A stretch of DNA of 62,626 bases, counting the filler, from Vannella sp. (Eukaryota): the NCBI GenBank assembly GCA_023345925.1. It is 7 parts of 7 records of this genome, joined end to end, with 100 filler letters (N's around TTAATTAATTAA, not from the genome) between each part and the next. Parts side by side here need not be neighbours in the genome. Positions count along the whole stretch, not along the records: positions 40,270 to 50,229 come from JAJQQN010001342.1; positions 50,330 to 62,626 come from JAJQQN010001347.1; 5 more parts are not named here. One strand, given 5' to 3'. The notes below the pieces were generated by a model. It did not search any database. It saw nothing but the letters and a program-made list of their open reading frames with translations, and was not told where the DNA came from. This document shows positions 43,501-56,500 of this stretch, piece after piece. Numbering within the stretch: the first letter of the stretch is position 1; each line of letters opens with the position of its first letter. The position numbers and the translations under genes were made by a program.

Positions 43501-43948
43501 AAAGATCTTCCGGATGAACTTCCTCAGCTTTATGGATGGAAAGATGGGCGTCGTCAACGGAATGCGGCCTGACGGACAAGTGGATACCAGTTGCATTCAA
43601 TCCGCGGAAGTATGGACAGGCACATGCTATACCTTAGCAGCCCATATGTACCAGATGGGCATGCGAGAAGAGGCAATGTGCGTGGCTAAAAGTGTCATCG
43701 AAGCCAACTACAATCTCGGATACGGTTTCCAAACCCCCGAAGCTTGGGATAAGCACGGTAACTATCGTGCTGTCGGCTACATGCGACCGCTCAGTATTTG
43801 GAGTATTCAATGGGCCATCGAGCAAGATCAAGATCGGACTGATCGCCATGACACTGAAGGAGAACCTCAAGAAAAGGCCCCTTCCAAGGGGAAGAGCAAA
43901 GGCAAGCACTCTGCATCGCCCGCATCAAGTCCAAGTAAAAGAGAGTAG
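40539..43948 (+). CDS. GBA2: Non-lysosomal glucosylceramidase (GH116) with N-terminal extension, about 6 exons, start uncertain
   Basis: [103 protein letters not shown]. Confidence 0.92.
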
Positions 43949-43984
43949 TCTGCACTGCAAGGAGACGATAAACTTCATTATTCC

Positions 43985-44269
43985 TTACTCAGAAGTGTCC
44001 TCGAGGTCGGCATCAGAGGCAGGCGTGTCATCAAGGTCGATCCCATCAGGTTTCATCTCTCGGTTGATACACTCTCCCATCGCCTTAAGTGAAGACGAGC
44101 AGTCGAGTACGCGTGATCCAGGCGGCAACTTTCTCGCCTCGCGGTCGCAAGAGTACCACGCCTTCACCTCCGGCTTGCATGACACACCATCCAAGCAAGG
44201 ACAGTCCCAATCCACCTCCGGCTCCGTATCCACAGGAGCAACCCAACGAACTGCGTGTTGCTCGCTCAT
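43985..44269 (-). CDS. MIA40: MIA40/CHCHD4 intermembrane-space import oxidoreductase, minimal soluble form
   Basis: VDWDCPCL followed by twin CX9C motifs (C-KPEVKAWYS-C and C-SSSLKAMGE-C); 94 aa. Confidence 0.78.
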   Translation of the reverse strand: MSEQHAVRWVAPVDTEPEVDWDCPCLDGVSCKPEVKAWYSCDREARKLPPGSRVLDCSSSLKAMGECINREMKPDGIDLDDTPASDADLEDTSE

Positions 44270-44361
44270 CGCCCTCAAAAAATGATTCCTGGAACTGACC
44301 AAAATCCTCCAATTAACACAATAAACCATCATTTCCCTTTTTGTCATTATTTGGTGGGCGG

Positions 44362-47012
44362 ATGGTTTCAAAGGCTGCGAAAGCGAGGAGGAAAGAGAAT
44401 CGTGGGCAGAGGATGCAAGAGAAGGTTTCAAGCACGAAAGATGTGTTGGGAGATGGTCATGCTTTGGAGGGTGTGAGGGAAGAGGTTGATCCTCCGGAGG
44501 GCTCGACTTGCACCCACTTTGGCGGTGTTTTGCCCAAGGCACTTCAGTCGGCGATCGCTGATTCCCTTTCCCTGTTTTGCCAAGTATGTAGAGTTTGCCT
44601 CTTGAAGGCAGAACTGACAAAGAGCAGGCTTGCAACTCAGCCTCACAGCCGATCCCTCGTGGGAAGGGAAAGAAAGTTCGCCAGGTGAACCAACCAAAGG
44701 TATGCAATGTTCCACGCAGTGAAGGGTTCCTTGTATCGCTCACTTGTATCCTCAGACACCCACGCCTGCGTCCCAATTGTGGATCTGTTTGACATGCGGT
44801 TCTCGCGGGTGTAACAGAGAGCTCAAAGGGCACGGTTTAGCTCATTATGAAGAGAAGAAAGGTCACCATATTGCTCTCCAAGCTGAATCAAAGGCCTTGT
44901 GGTGCTACACCTGCGACAGCTTCCTTCCCATTCACCAAACCGATCCAGCCCATCACTCTCTACGAGAGTGCCTTCGCTTGGCAAACGGGATTGACCTGCG
45001 CACAAAGGCCCAGAAAGCAGTTGCTAATAGACCAACGTCAGGAGGAGCACCAGATGTGCAACTCTCCACTGCGCCTCTTCGGTCCCTGATAACCTCCACA
45101 ACAGCCTGCATGGGACGGTATGCTTCTTCACCCTGTTTAAGGTCCCTATCTGACTTGTTAATGGTCCAGAGGGCAGCGAGGGTTGGTCAATTTGGGGAAC
45201 ACTTGCTTTTTCAACTCAATCATGCAGAACATCGTCCAGCTACCCCTCTTGCGCTCCCACCTTCTAGAGCAGAACAAAAGCTCAACAATGCCAGAATCTG
45301 AGGGTCAGCTGGCCTTCCGACTGAGAGAGTTCATGGCGAATATGTGGTCAGACAGCACGACCGTCTACAATCCCTCCACCCTCCACTCTGCAGCGGTCCG
45401 GAAGAACCCCAACTTCCGCGGATTCCGACAACAGGATGCGCAAGAGCTTCTCAGCACCTTACTGGATGGTGTTCGGATGGAGGAAATTGATAGAATCCGA
45501 GCACAACGACGTCAGGAAGGGAATGAGGACAAGAGTACCCCCAACACGTATATCGATGACTTATTTGGAGGCGAATATGTCAGCAAAATAACCTGTCACA
45601 CTTGTCAGCAAGTTTCCACGACCCGACAACCCTTCTTTGAGCTTCTGTTGCCCATTATTAAGGCCCAGTCAAGGAGCTCCGTCATTTCAGCGCGAGTGGG
45701 GATTTCGGCTCTTTCTCTGAGCAATAAGGTGGGAGGGACTTGCTTCTCGTGGCTCATATCCCTCATATGGCCACCACAGGAGAAGAGAAAGATCCGCCAA
45801 CGCGAGATTGTTTCTTCAGCAACCAGTTCAAAGCCAGTCAGTTTGGTGGATTCTGGCTCACCGGACGCAGAAGATTCCATTCAACCGCCATTGGAGGTGC
45901 CATCAGAGAGTTCGAAAGACTTCCAAAAGAAAGAAGAAATCGATGGAGAAGGCACAGAGCCCCTCAGCCCCCCTCCGATGGATGAGACAAAGCAAGTTGC
46001 GGGAGAGATTGTTGACGGAGAAATCGATGAAGAAGGCACAGAAAAAGAGCCCCTCAACCCCCCTCCGATGGATGAGACAAAGCAAGTTGTGGGAGAGATT
46101 GTTGGCGGAGAGGCTCAAACGGAGATGGAAACAACACAGGGAGAGGACGGCGTGGAGAAAACACACGGCAGAACAGAGGAGGAGTCGCAGGATCAAAAGA
46201 AAAGGGGGGACGCGGACAGAGCAAAGGAGGTGAATGCGGAAAGTACGACTGAGAGCGAGGCAAAGGACCTAATCGACCAACAAGAGGAGAATGACATGAA
46301 AATGAACTCAAAGGAGGACCAATCAAAGGAGGAATTGATTCAGGATCGAGAGGAGGAAGAGGATGCGGAGGAGACGGAGGGAGTTGTTGAAGAGTCCAAA
46401 GTAACTGAGCCAATGGATTATCGATGCCCACAAAGAGCGATAGATCCTTCCATCTGTTCTTTAATGCTTTGCTTAGAGAATTACACCAACCCAAGCGAAC
46501 TGTCGGGAGAAAACGCATACAATTGCCTCTGTTGCACACGCAAAAGCTATCGGGAACTCCAAATGAAGCTCCAAAAAGAGTTTGACCCGGAAGAAGAAAT
46601 CCCTGAGGAGAAACTGAAGAGCTTTGTCAAAAGAGCTGCCACGAAGCAGCTTCTGTTTGGTCGAATCCCATTGATTCTCACAATTGCGTTGAAACGTTTC
46701 GAACGCACCTCGAATGGACTTCTCCGAAAAGTAGAAAGTGCCGTTCTCTTTCCTGTCGAGCTTGATCTCTCCCCATTCGTAGATGGGCGAGAGAGAACGG
46801 GCACTTGCAAGTACCAACTAACTGGAATCTCCGTCCATGGAGGGGGTTTGGGAGGCGGCCATTATGTCGCCTACACCAAATCTTCTTTCTCTCACTCCCC
46901 AGACGGCGATTGGGCCTACTTTTCAGACAGCTCGCGCCATTCTAGCACCCTCAATACTGTATTGTCGTCTGAAGCCTATGTCCTCTTTTACTCTCGATCC
47001 AACTCTCCCTAA
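44362..47012 (+). CDS. USP16/USP45-like deubiquitinase with zf-UBP domain, multi-exon
   Basis: zf-UBP WICLTCGSRGCNR..HGLAHY..WCYTCD; Cys box GLVNLGNTCFFNS; QQDAQELL; His box HGGGLGGGHYVAY; FSDS..AYVLFY. Confidence 0.9.
45936..46109 (+). repeat. Two-copy in-frame duplication (84 and 90 nt) within the USP acidic insert
   Basis: EIDGEGTEPLSPPPMDETKQVAGEIVDG / EIDEEGTEKEPLNPPPMDETKQVVGEIVGG. Confidence 0.9.
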
Positions 47013-47140
47013 TAATAAATCCGCAATTATTACCCCGCCTTCCTTTCTTTTGAGTCGGGTTTTCTTTCGTGTGTCACTTGATTTGACTCATTCCACAAGA
47101 AAGGTTATTATTTCATTGTTCGGGGCAGTGGGCGGGATCG

Positions 47141-48510
47141 ATGAGCTTCCGGAAACGCTCACCAGCTTCCAAATCAACGGGGGATCCTGAGAGGACAGCA
47201 AGTCGCGAGCTTAGAGTTGCCAGCATCAAAGACATTCGCCTAAACCGGACGAAGCTGGAGGGCGTAGGGGTGGTGCTCCCCATGTCCGCTCGACTTCCTC
47301 GTGGATCTTCCGTTGCTCTCGCGTCGTCGTCTTCCTCTGTTAGCTCTTTCAACCTTCAGGAGATATCCGATCGCCCTGATATGGTGATACGAGAGGGACT
47401 CCTTAAGTTTGCCTCCCATCCAACAGAGGTGACCTTTCCGACTCCAGTTCTCTCTCTCATCGCGTTTACACTGTTCCTAGGGTATCCTCCACTTCATCAA
47501 TGCTAGTCGCATTGACGACAAACCACAAAGCATTGCCAAGCTCCTCCACCAGTACGAGTTTGATAAGGAGAAGCTCGGCGAGTATCTTGCAGAGGAACAC
47601 AACGATGAGGTCCTCCGTCACTTTGTGGGAGGTTTAGACTTTGGCCTAATGGACTTTGACATAGCTCTGCGGTCTGTGCAGTCATTGGGCTGATCACGGG
47701 AACTCACAAGAAGCTTTAGGATGTTCCTGACGTGCTTCAAACTCCCCGGGGAAGCTCAGAAGATCGATAGGTTCATGCGTAACTTTGCCAAACACTACTT
47801 TACCACTCATCAAAGCGAGCACGTCTTCAAAGACGAATGTATGGCACTCCTAGCCCCAAAGAGTGCCGATTACTAACCACAAGAGGTCAGTGGCTGTCTA
47901 TGCCATGGCTTTTGGCACGATCATGCTTAACACAGACGCACACAACTCTAACGTCACAGACAAGATGACGCAGAAGCAGTTCATCGACAACATTCACTAC
48001 ATTCAAGGGGGGGAGAGCATCCCCACCCTATTTCTCGAGGACCTGTACGAGCGCATCGTCCACGATGAGATCAAGTTCAACCGAGAGGATATTCGTTTCC
48101 TCGACGCCATGAAGACAGACACGATCTTCCTCCACGGCAGCGGCAACAAATGGCACAAACGGTATGCTGTGCTGACAAAGACCCATCTTTTGCTCTTCAA
48201 GAAGCAGTTGGTACGTTCAGGGACAACGTAGAAGGAGCCTATTCGTGTTTCCTGTTGTTCTGACAGAGAATGGGGACAGGATGACCTCCCTTTGTTGAAC
48301 ATCTCGTTGGTCAACTGCGCTGTCGGACCGATCGGTCAGGAGAAGGGCAAATCCTTCTGCTTCCGCCTTCACCTTCCTACAACTAGTGGCAACAAGGTTG
48401 CTTCTAACTTTGTGATGCTCTCTTTCCCCAGTGCAGCCATCCTGTCCGCGTGGACGATCGCCTTGCAACGTTGTATCACCTTCGACCACTCCTCCTCCAT
48501 CTACGTGTGA
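47141..48510 (+). CDS. Sec7 + PH domain Arf guanine exchange factor (cytohesin-like), about 5 exons
   Basis: KLGEYL, ALR|MFLTCFKLPGEAQKIDRFM, IMLNTDAHN; PH domain KWHKRYAVL..WTIAL. Confidence 0.88.
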
Positions 48511-48619
48511 AGGCCGGGGCCTCTCCTTCTCCTATTCTCCCCTGTACATACCTCTTCCATCCTATGAGAGTAAACGGGCCTTTCGGCTGCTTCAAAGCTC
48601 ACTTTGTGGCCGCCCGGTG

Positions 48620-49036
48620 ATGCAGGTTGCTCTCCTTCGTCGCTCTGTCCTCCCCAGGAGGGGATTCTCTGTTGTGATGTTGAATAGAGTACAGGGACAA
48701 TGTACTGCTGTCACAGAGGCCACCGCGGCTCCTACAAAGGGGGGAAAGGTGTTGGCCTCTCTTGGTCGCTTTGCGTTGAGTTTCTTTGCTGGTGCAGCAC
48801 TCACAGGTGGCGCCTTCATGTACTCCCTGAACCAGGATATCAAACTGTACAATGAGAGCCTTGTCAAGGAGGTAGCGTACCTCTCAACCTCGCTCCGTCA
48901 CTCTCAGTCCACTGTGAGCACTACAGACCTTGCGAATGAGCTCGCTTCTCTTCGCAAAGAGGTCGATGCTATCAAGCTTACGACCTCCCGGCAGATCGCC
49001 CGCAACAGCCAACAGAAAGAGCTCCACTCGGCCTGA
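48620..49036 (+). CDS. Small putative mitochondrial membrane protein
   Basis: Arg-rich N-terminus MQVALLRRSVLPRRGFS, one hydrophobic segment, coiled-coil tail. Confidence 0.5.
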   Translation: MQVALLRRSVLPRRGFSVVMLNRVQGQCTAVTEATAAPTKGGKVLASLGRFALSFFAGAALTGGAFMYSLNQDIKLYNESLVKEVAYLSTSLRHSQSTVSTTDLANELASLRKEVDAIKLTTSRQIARNSQQKELHSA

Positions 49037-49321
49037 TTCCTCCTTTCTCGGGAAGCTCTCTCCTGTTCCTCCATCTGACCCTCTTCAATGAAGGAACTTC
49101 TTATCCTCCTCCAACCAGACTTCCAAAGACCTCTGAGCTCGCTTCCTTCATCCCAAAAGGACTCCTTTTCTCTCCTTTCCCTTCCTTCCCCCCCATTAGC
49201 TCCCTAGCCCTATCAGGCTCAAGTGGTACGCAACACAACGTCACAGACTGCTGGAGAGGCCACATTGGAAGGGAAATGGCGGGAATAAGGTCCTTTCGGT
49301 CGAAGGAGGGGTCGAGAGGAC

Positions 49322-50229
49322 ATGGCGGCGGAGAGTTCGACGTTTGTTCGTTTCGTGAAGGAGTTGCAAGTAGACAAGTCGGAAGAGGTCATTCAGATCT
49401 TTGATCGCAAGGTAGGAGAGGGTGTGGAGAGCTGTGGGGGGCGTAAAGGAGTTGCAAGTGACCAAAGAGGGCGGATAGTCGTTCTATTGCGTGTACGGGA
49501 GCGATGCAACGTTTGTGGCCAACGAATACTTCAAGACACTAGCTACAGTCACCTTCATTGGCCCAGAAAATGACAAACTGGCGAGCCAAACCATCCAACC
49601 GGGTCAACTCGAGAACATCCTCGTTGACCTTCTCAACGTCAAGCAGTTCAAGTTTGAGATTTGGGCTACCAAACCAAGCTCCTCACAGTGGGAGAGAGTG
49701 AAGAAGGGCTCCCCTGGCAACGTGGCTGGCCTGGAAGATCTCTTTTCATCCTTCTCCACGCTGGATCAGTCTGATACATGCACGGTAGCCGTCCGTCTTG
49801 GACAAGACTCGAATGGAAACAAAGTTAGTAAGGCTATCCATGTCACAGCGCTTCTAAAAGCCCTCGAAATAGGTCGTTGGCATCGCAATCTGTGACGCAG
49901 GGAACCAATCCATCCGAGTAGCCGAGTTCCTTGAGACTGCTCACTTTACCAACTTTGAAGTGAGTGACACTCTACCGGATGGCGTGGTCCTGACTTGCAG
50001 AGCAGTCTGCTATCATCCAAGCGAGCGGAGTAAAAGAGTGTCTGACTGTCTTCGACAAGAAGAGTCCCGAATCCAAGGCCGTTGCGGACGTTCTACAACG
50101 TTGCGGAGTTGTCTTAACTGAAGCAAAGACCAAAGACTTCACTACCAAAGACCTGGAACAAGATATGACCCGCTTATTAGGCAAAATCACAAATAACCTT
50201 CCGGAAATGGAGCTGAAGCTCGCCATGGA
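49322..50229 (+). CDS. MSH2: DNA mismatch repair protein MSH2, 3'-truncated by contig end
   Basis: IQIFDRK|SFYCVYGSDATFVA..KGSPGNVAGLEDL..VAEFLETAHFTNFE..KDLEQDMTRLL. Confidence 0.85.
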
Positions 50230-50329
50230 NNNNNNNNNNNNNNNNNNNNNNNNNNNNNNNNNNNNNNNNNNNNTTAATTAATTAANNNNNNNNNNNNNNN
50301 NNNNNNNNNNNNNNNNNNNNNNNNNNNNN
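50230..50329. other. Artificial contig linker
   Basis: N-run/TTAATTAATTAA/N-run. Confidence 0.98.
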
Positions 50330-50536
50330 GAGCAAGTCTTTCAACGTGCATGACTCTGCCACTATCACTCGCTCAGGTCCCATCAGCAACTGGACTTTCC
50401 TGCACTGAGAGAACGACGCGCACAAGGACATACCATGGACAGGGCATGGGAATGAATGTAGATTGACTTAACGTACTCTATGAAGGATGCAGGATGAGGA
50501 AGGAGGGCATTTTCTCTTGGGTGGGGTTGGAGCGGG

Positions 50537-53500
50537 ATGGGGTCGCACCCTTTGTTCCTTTGGATGACGGGAAAGAGCCACTCTAACTGGAGTGCTCTGC
50601 TACTATCGGAGGTCTTGTGGGATGAGCAACGAGTCAAGGCACTGCTGAAAGAAGAGGACTGTCCTGATCTTCGCTTTCTGAAGAATGCCGAGGTGCCGCT
50701 GCTCTCCCTGAACTTCTTACTGGCCTCTACCCCGTCAGAAGAGTTCCTTAGGTACTATTCCAACGCCCAGTTTCAACGGCAGATGAGGGCTGAACGAAGT
50801 CCGCTGGTGAAGAAGGCGGAGGACATCCCCAGGCTACTTCTTTGCGTAGCGCGGCACCTCAAGTCCCTCCTAAACTATGAGACTCCTCAGCGCAAGCAAA
50901 AGGAAGAAAACGAGTCTATACACCTCCCATCTGTCGTTTGGGAGACAGCGTTTGCGATTTACTGCTGTTTGATGCGTTCTTCATCTTCTCTCCTCACGAA
51001 TAGCCGTCCCCAGGGCGCTTTTACCACATCCAGATCTCCTACAGACATGTTCCCATCATTGGCTCTCTATTCAAACGCAGCAGGAGCCTCTCGCATGAGA
51101 GAACTTCTCCGATCATGCGAGTTGGTCATCACCCGAGACTGTGGGAGAGAGGCGTGGATCCAATGCTCTGCAGCACTCCAGCACTTAGCATTGCGAAGAG
51201 GAACACTGGCAGCTCAAAAAGGAGTGCTCTCTGCAAACACGGAGCAAGTTGTCACCCCGAATATGGGTCGCCACTTTCCCGGTCTGCAGAGCTTATACCG
51301 CATTTGCCTATCTCAAGAAAGCACAGAAGAAGAGTTAGTTGCAATGGCTGTGCTTGAGTGCGCTGCTTCCACGGCGAGAGTCCTCTCCAACTTGGATTTC
51401 CAATCTCCTTCTCTCACAGCGGGTTCTGTTGTATACGGCCTTGGCCTTAATGATACCAAGGACATTGGCCTCTCTTCCAACGAATTCACACTAATGCAGG
51501 AGGTCACAGAGTTGAATGCGGTGGATTTACGGGCAGGAAAGGATTGTCTTCTCTTGTTGGATGCGAACGGCACTCTTTGGGCTCGGGGCTCTGGAAGAGA
51601 AGGAAGATTGGGTCTTCGGACCACAGCGGATCAGTCCTCCTTTATGAGAATAGCCCTCAGACTCCCAATTCAGTGCTTTGATGTTTCGAGGTTCGGAGGA
51701 GGCCATGGACTTGCCATTGACCGGGACGGATTTATCTGGTCTTGGGGCTGCGGTCAATTTGGACAGGTTGGCCACATGAAATTAGAGACCGTTGTGGTTC
51801 CTCGGAGAATTCCTTCTTTGGGAGTCCACTTTGTTCAGGTGGCTTGTGGAGATGCACATTCTCTTGCACTCTCTCAAAATGGTCTGGCTTTCAGCTGGGG
51901 AGATGATGGATTATCCAGAGCAGCTGCGCAACTATCTCCACTTCCTGTGAATGGTCTAATCAACATTTCTGGAGTGTTTGCAGGAGCGCGCCATTCTTTC
52001 GCCCTCGTTGAAGATCCTTCAGGAGGGTTCGTCTGGGGATGGGGGTCAAATGCTCACTCCCAGTTAGGGCTTTCTGCTTCTGAGAGTTCCGTTTCCACTC
52101 CTCAGAAGCTTCTTCAAGGATATCAAATCAAGATGCTCGCTGGCGGGCTGACTTACTCTCTGGCGCTTAACGAAAGGGGTGGAGCTTTCTTTTTTGGAAC
52201 CCTCAACGGAAAGTGCACGCCGCTTCCTTCTCCAGTGGTTGAATTAGATCTTATTCCTATCTCCTCCGTGGCAGCGGGACAAGATGTCTGCGTATTCATT
52301 TCCGAAGATCTCCAAGTTTATGCTTGGGGAGGTTCACTCCTTGGAGACTCTTTGGTGGAGCCGAAACTGATTAGTCATTTGTCTGGCTTACGCCAAGCCA
52401 GCATTTCTAGCAGCGCAATTTTATTGAATAGCCTACCTACAAAGAAGAAGAGCAAGAGCAAAAAGGTTTATTGGTGGACCGGTTCGTTTTTGTCAACGTT
52501 GTTGAAAAAGCACCAAAGCGTGATCTCTATTATTAGAGATGTTGGGATTTGTGGACCCTCTGAGGACCAAATGAGTGAGCTGGAAATAGCGCTTCAGCTT
52601 CTCCGGTTGATTTTGGTTCAAACGGCGGCATCTGAGGTGCACACCTTGGACCAAGAAGTAGAGACAAACATCAGGGAATTCCTCACACAGCTTTGTGGAT
52701 GTGATAACCTCCCCTTCAGCACAACTCAAGCCTGTCGTTGTATAATCGAGGAAAGTTGGAAACTGGTTTGGGCAGGACTTCTCCCTCGATTTATCTTGCT
52801 GGCTACATTACTGGCCAGACAATGTGAAGTGGAGGGCAGTGAAGTAGCTAAACAATTGATGGCACAACTGGTTCCAAGCCTTGTCCAATCCAACTCATTT
52901 GCTATCTTTTTAGGATTGCCATTCCCAAATGAATCAAGATCATTGGTGAAAGCCTCAGAAGGCTCTCTGTGGGAAATTTTGAAAATGTCACTCCAAGGAC
53001 TTCACAGGCACTCAATTTCTCGCCTTCGCGGAGAAGCAAACGAGGAAGATACTGAAGGCCCGTTTTTCCTTTTACTGTCATATCTAGTTCCCAGATTAAC
53101 TGGAGCAGTTGTGAAGCTCCGCGAAAATGATTATTTGGAGAGTGTTTGTGTGAAGATGGTCGAGTTGATGGCAGCTCATTCCTGCGAGCTGGTGGAGTGC
53201 ATTGAACAACAAATTTGTGAACCAAATCATTGTGCAACCCTATTAGATGAGCTATGGCCCTACACACTAGCTGCGTTGCATTTGGCTAGAAGAGAACTTC
53301 TCGTTCTCTTGCGTGCAGCGCTCAGAAAAGCACTTTTTGCTCTTTCTAGCTACCGATTTATTGCTTGTGCTATTTCTTCCTTGCTTGGAGAGCTGAATTC
53401 GCGGTCCCTTGTACCTCACTATGACCAGGAAGCTGGCGAGGCTCGAACATTGATGTCATCTCTCCTCTTCACCCATGGAATGGAGAGTCGCGCGGCTCTA

Positions 53501-56500
53501 TCTGAAAAAGAGCTTGCACTCCAAAGATTCTCGCGAGCTACAGAACCAGAGGATCCTTCATTCCACTGCATTGAAGCCTATGCTCGCCAGCAAATGCTCT
53601 TAACCAGTCAATGTGAAACATATCCTCCTCTTAGACTGTTTGTTTGTTCCCTTGTTGCAGCTATATCAAAAGCCTCTGGAGTGGACAATTTGCTTGCAAA
53701 GCTCAGTTCTAGGAAGTCTTCTATTGAGTCAACTCATCTCCGGCACATTATCCAGCAAGTTTACTTGGCAAGAGGAGCTCTGCTCATTCAGATGTCAGAC
53801 CAGATGGATTTAGAAACTGCGGTTGAAGTCTCTGAGAACTCAGAATCAGACATTGTCGATGACGAGATTCGGTTTAAGAGGGAATGCGCTATTCTTGAGC
53901 AGTTGGCTCGTCCAATGATAGAACGCTCCTGGTTTTTGATAGATAATGTCCGACCTGCTATTTTGCGTAACTCTCAAGTGCACTCTCTCGCAGACAGTCC
54001 TCTCACAACAACTTCCGGCTTTATAACTCCTTCAAGGCGTAAATTTGACCTTCGCGCTTCTCTCTCTACGACAGAAGAGGCTGGCTCGCCTATCAGTCTT
54101 CGGGCAAGCTTTAACGGCAACATGGAATCCCTTTCTTCTTCTGTAAAATCTCAAAAGAGCAGAGACGAGGAGATCACGGAGGATCTAATCCTATCTGAAG
54201 TATTGGCGTTTGTCAAAGGATCTCAGGACCTTGAAATGCTGAGTACGGCAGCTGCCATTCACTTCCTGCAAGAGCATCAAGTCACAGAAGCTCTCAACGA
54301 GTTGGCCGACGACTTGGATTGGATGACTAGGGAACGAGTGCCACTCTTTGCCCGTTGCACTCTTGTCCAGGCAAGCCTTGGGCAAATTGAGATTACAGAT
54401 ACCTTCCACATGGATGAGAGTATTGTCAAAGAGCAGGATGTCGTCCTTGCTGTTCAGCGGCTTTTTGTACCGTTGTATCGGACCTTGCAAACCCTTATTC
54501 ATGCCGACACAGGGGAACGTATTTACTGCATTTTAGCTTTCTTCCAAATGGTGGCATTCCTTGTCCATACTTTCAAGCAATCCCCCTCAGATTTCTTTTA
54601 CACTGCTTGCGTTGCGTATGCAGTGAGGGATGGTGCCAATGCACTCCCAGTCTCTGTTCCAGTATGTGGAGCAATAAGTATTTGTGTTTCGACCTTTTCG
54701 CAAAATCCAGCTTGCTCGTACGAGTTGGGGCAAGCGTTGGGAGCGCTGTACGAGATCATTAGTCAGTCAGCTCCTAAACAGTACACGCTTTCTTCTTTCA
54801 TAGGAATACTGCAGTGTAACACTGCTGCTCCTGCTGTTCGAAGATTCTTATCTGAAGCGAAATGGGTGGACTTGCTTTTGAGCCTGGTTGACGGATGGGA
54901 GTCAGATGTGCAAATGAACTGCGTTCAGCTCCTTCGATCTGCACTCCCTGAGATCCCTAACGAAGCAAACAACTGGAAGAGGATACATGCTACAACAGAG
55001 CAGCTCTTTAGATTACTAGAAGATGAGGAGATGAACCATTACTCCGAGATTCTTGTTCGAGTGGATGGTGCTGACCACATTCTGTCCCTTTCTGATGATA
55101 CTGAGCCCTTGGTTACGATCACTTGGCCCGCTAACTCTCCTCTCTGTGACTACTTGGGCCAAGGAATAGACTTTGATTGCCCGGAGTGTGACCTTGCTAA
55201 TCATAGCATTTTGATAGAAATTGACATACTCCAGTGGCCTAAAGGAACGAATCTTCGGCTGATTATAAGAGATTACAACGGAAGTAAAGTAGCTGATCTT
55301 GTGGAGAACGGCTTAGTGGAAGGAGCCAATTATAAGATACTGATTCAACCAGCCGGACCCGGCCAGGATCAAGCCATTGTGGCTTCTCAACAGTCTGGCC
55401 CATTTGAAGAAATCAGAAAGATCTCTGTTGCAAAGGCCGTAGGGTCACCAACCTTTTGGTTGGCAGCCACTGTGCCCGAGCCCCAGATTCTGGCAGAACA
55501 CCGCGCACAATTCCGTTTCAAAAATCCGAAGGTTTCCACTTTTAGGCCATCAGTGAGTTTGTTCCCAAGAGCAGCAGTTATTCAGGCAGTTTCCCAAACC
55601 CTCAGAGAACTACATGGACTTCCTCAATGGAGAACATTCATCAATTCTCACATTCAGAAAGTTCTTTCAGCCCCACAGCCTACTTGCTCTATCACTAAGA
55701 GACTTGGAGTTGTGCGAATGATTGGCGGGTTATTTGGAGGATGTTATTGTGGAGGAGTCGCTGATACACCGGAGGGCATTGTCACGGTACAATACATGGG
55801 ACTCTCAGACTCAGGATCTGATACAGTATTGACCCATGGTCCTGGAAAACCTGTTGCGGTACATTCAAAAGCAGGCCTGCGCCTGATAGATGAGGAGATT
55901 TTGCAAGCATCCCATTTGCCGCTCTCAGAAGAAATCCTCCGCTCCCTGTGCCAAAGCATATCAGACTCGATTCGTCCCATAGCCACTTGGTCCGAAGGTC
56001 TTGGCCATATTGCTTCTCTCAAGGCACTCTCCGCGTATATGTCTAGTACCCACGCACGCACTAGCTTGTTGGATATCTTTTCAAAGGAACCTGCACTAGA
56101 ACATCAGCTCCTCTCTCTAGCCAATTCACCTACTCAGATGACTGTCTGTTGGTCGGCCGAGCATTTAGAATTGGCAATCTTCAATACCGTTGGGTCAATC
56201 AAGGAAATGCACCCTTTTGGGCCTTCTCATGATGAAACTGAATCAAACGTTGACCCCCGCATTTGGTTGCAACCCCCTGCACCCGAAACAGAGCCTCCGC
56301 CAATTAATTGGAACCAGTTCCTTCAGGAAATAGTGAACCAGGAGATTGAATACTTGGAGACTCACTTGTCACAACGAGAAGTAACTCAGCGATCTTCTTG
56401 GGGCGAAGTAGCTAATCTTAGAGAGAAAGCTTCCAATGCCACATTGGACACAAAGTGTCAGCTCCTTCTAATTCTGCAAAGTGAATTGCTCAGCCTTTTG

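Noticed and set aside
44270..44833. Long N-terminal extension of MIA40 in the ORF track
   Set aside because: It is antisense to USP exons, so it is a shadow ORF.
6298..50329. Six recurring TTAATTAATTAA palindromes flanked by Ns
   Set aside because: Fixed 100-nt assembly linkers with stops in all frames; not biological. Gene neighbourhoods across them are meaningless.
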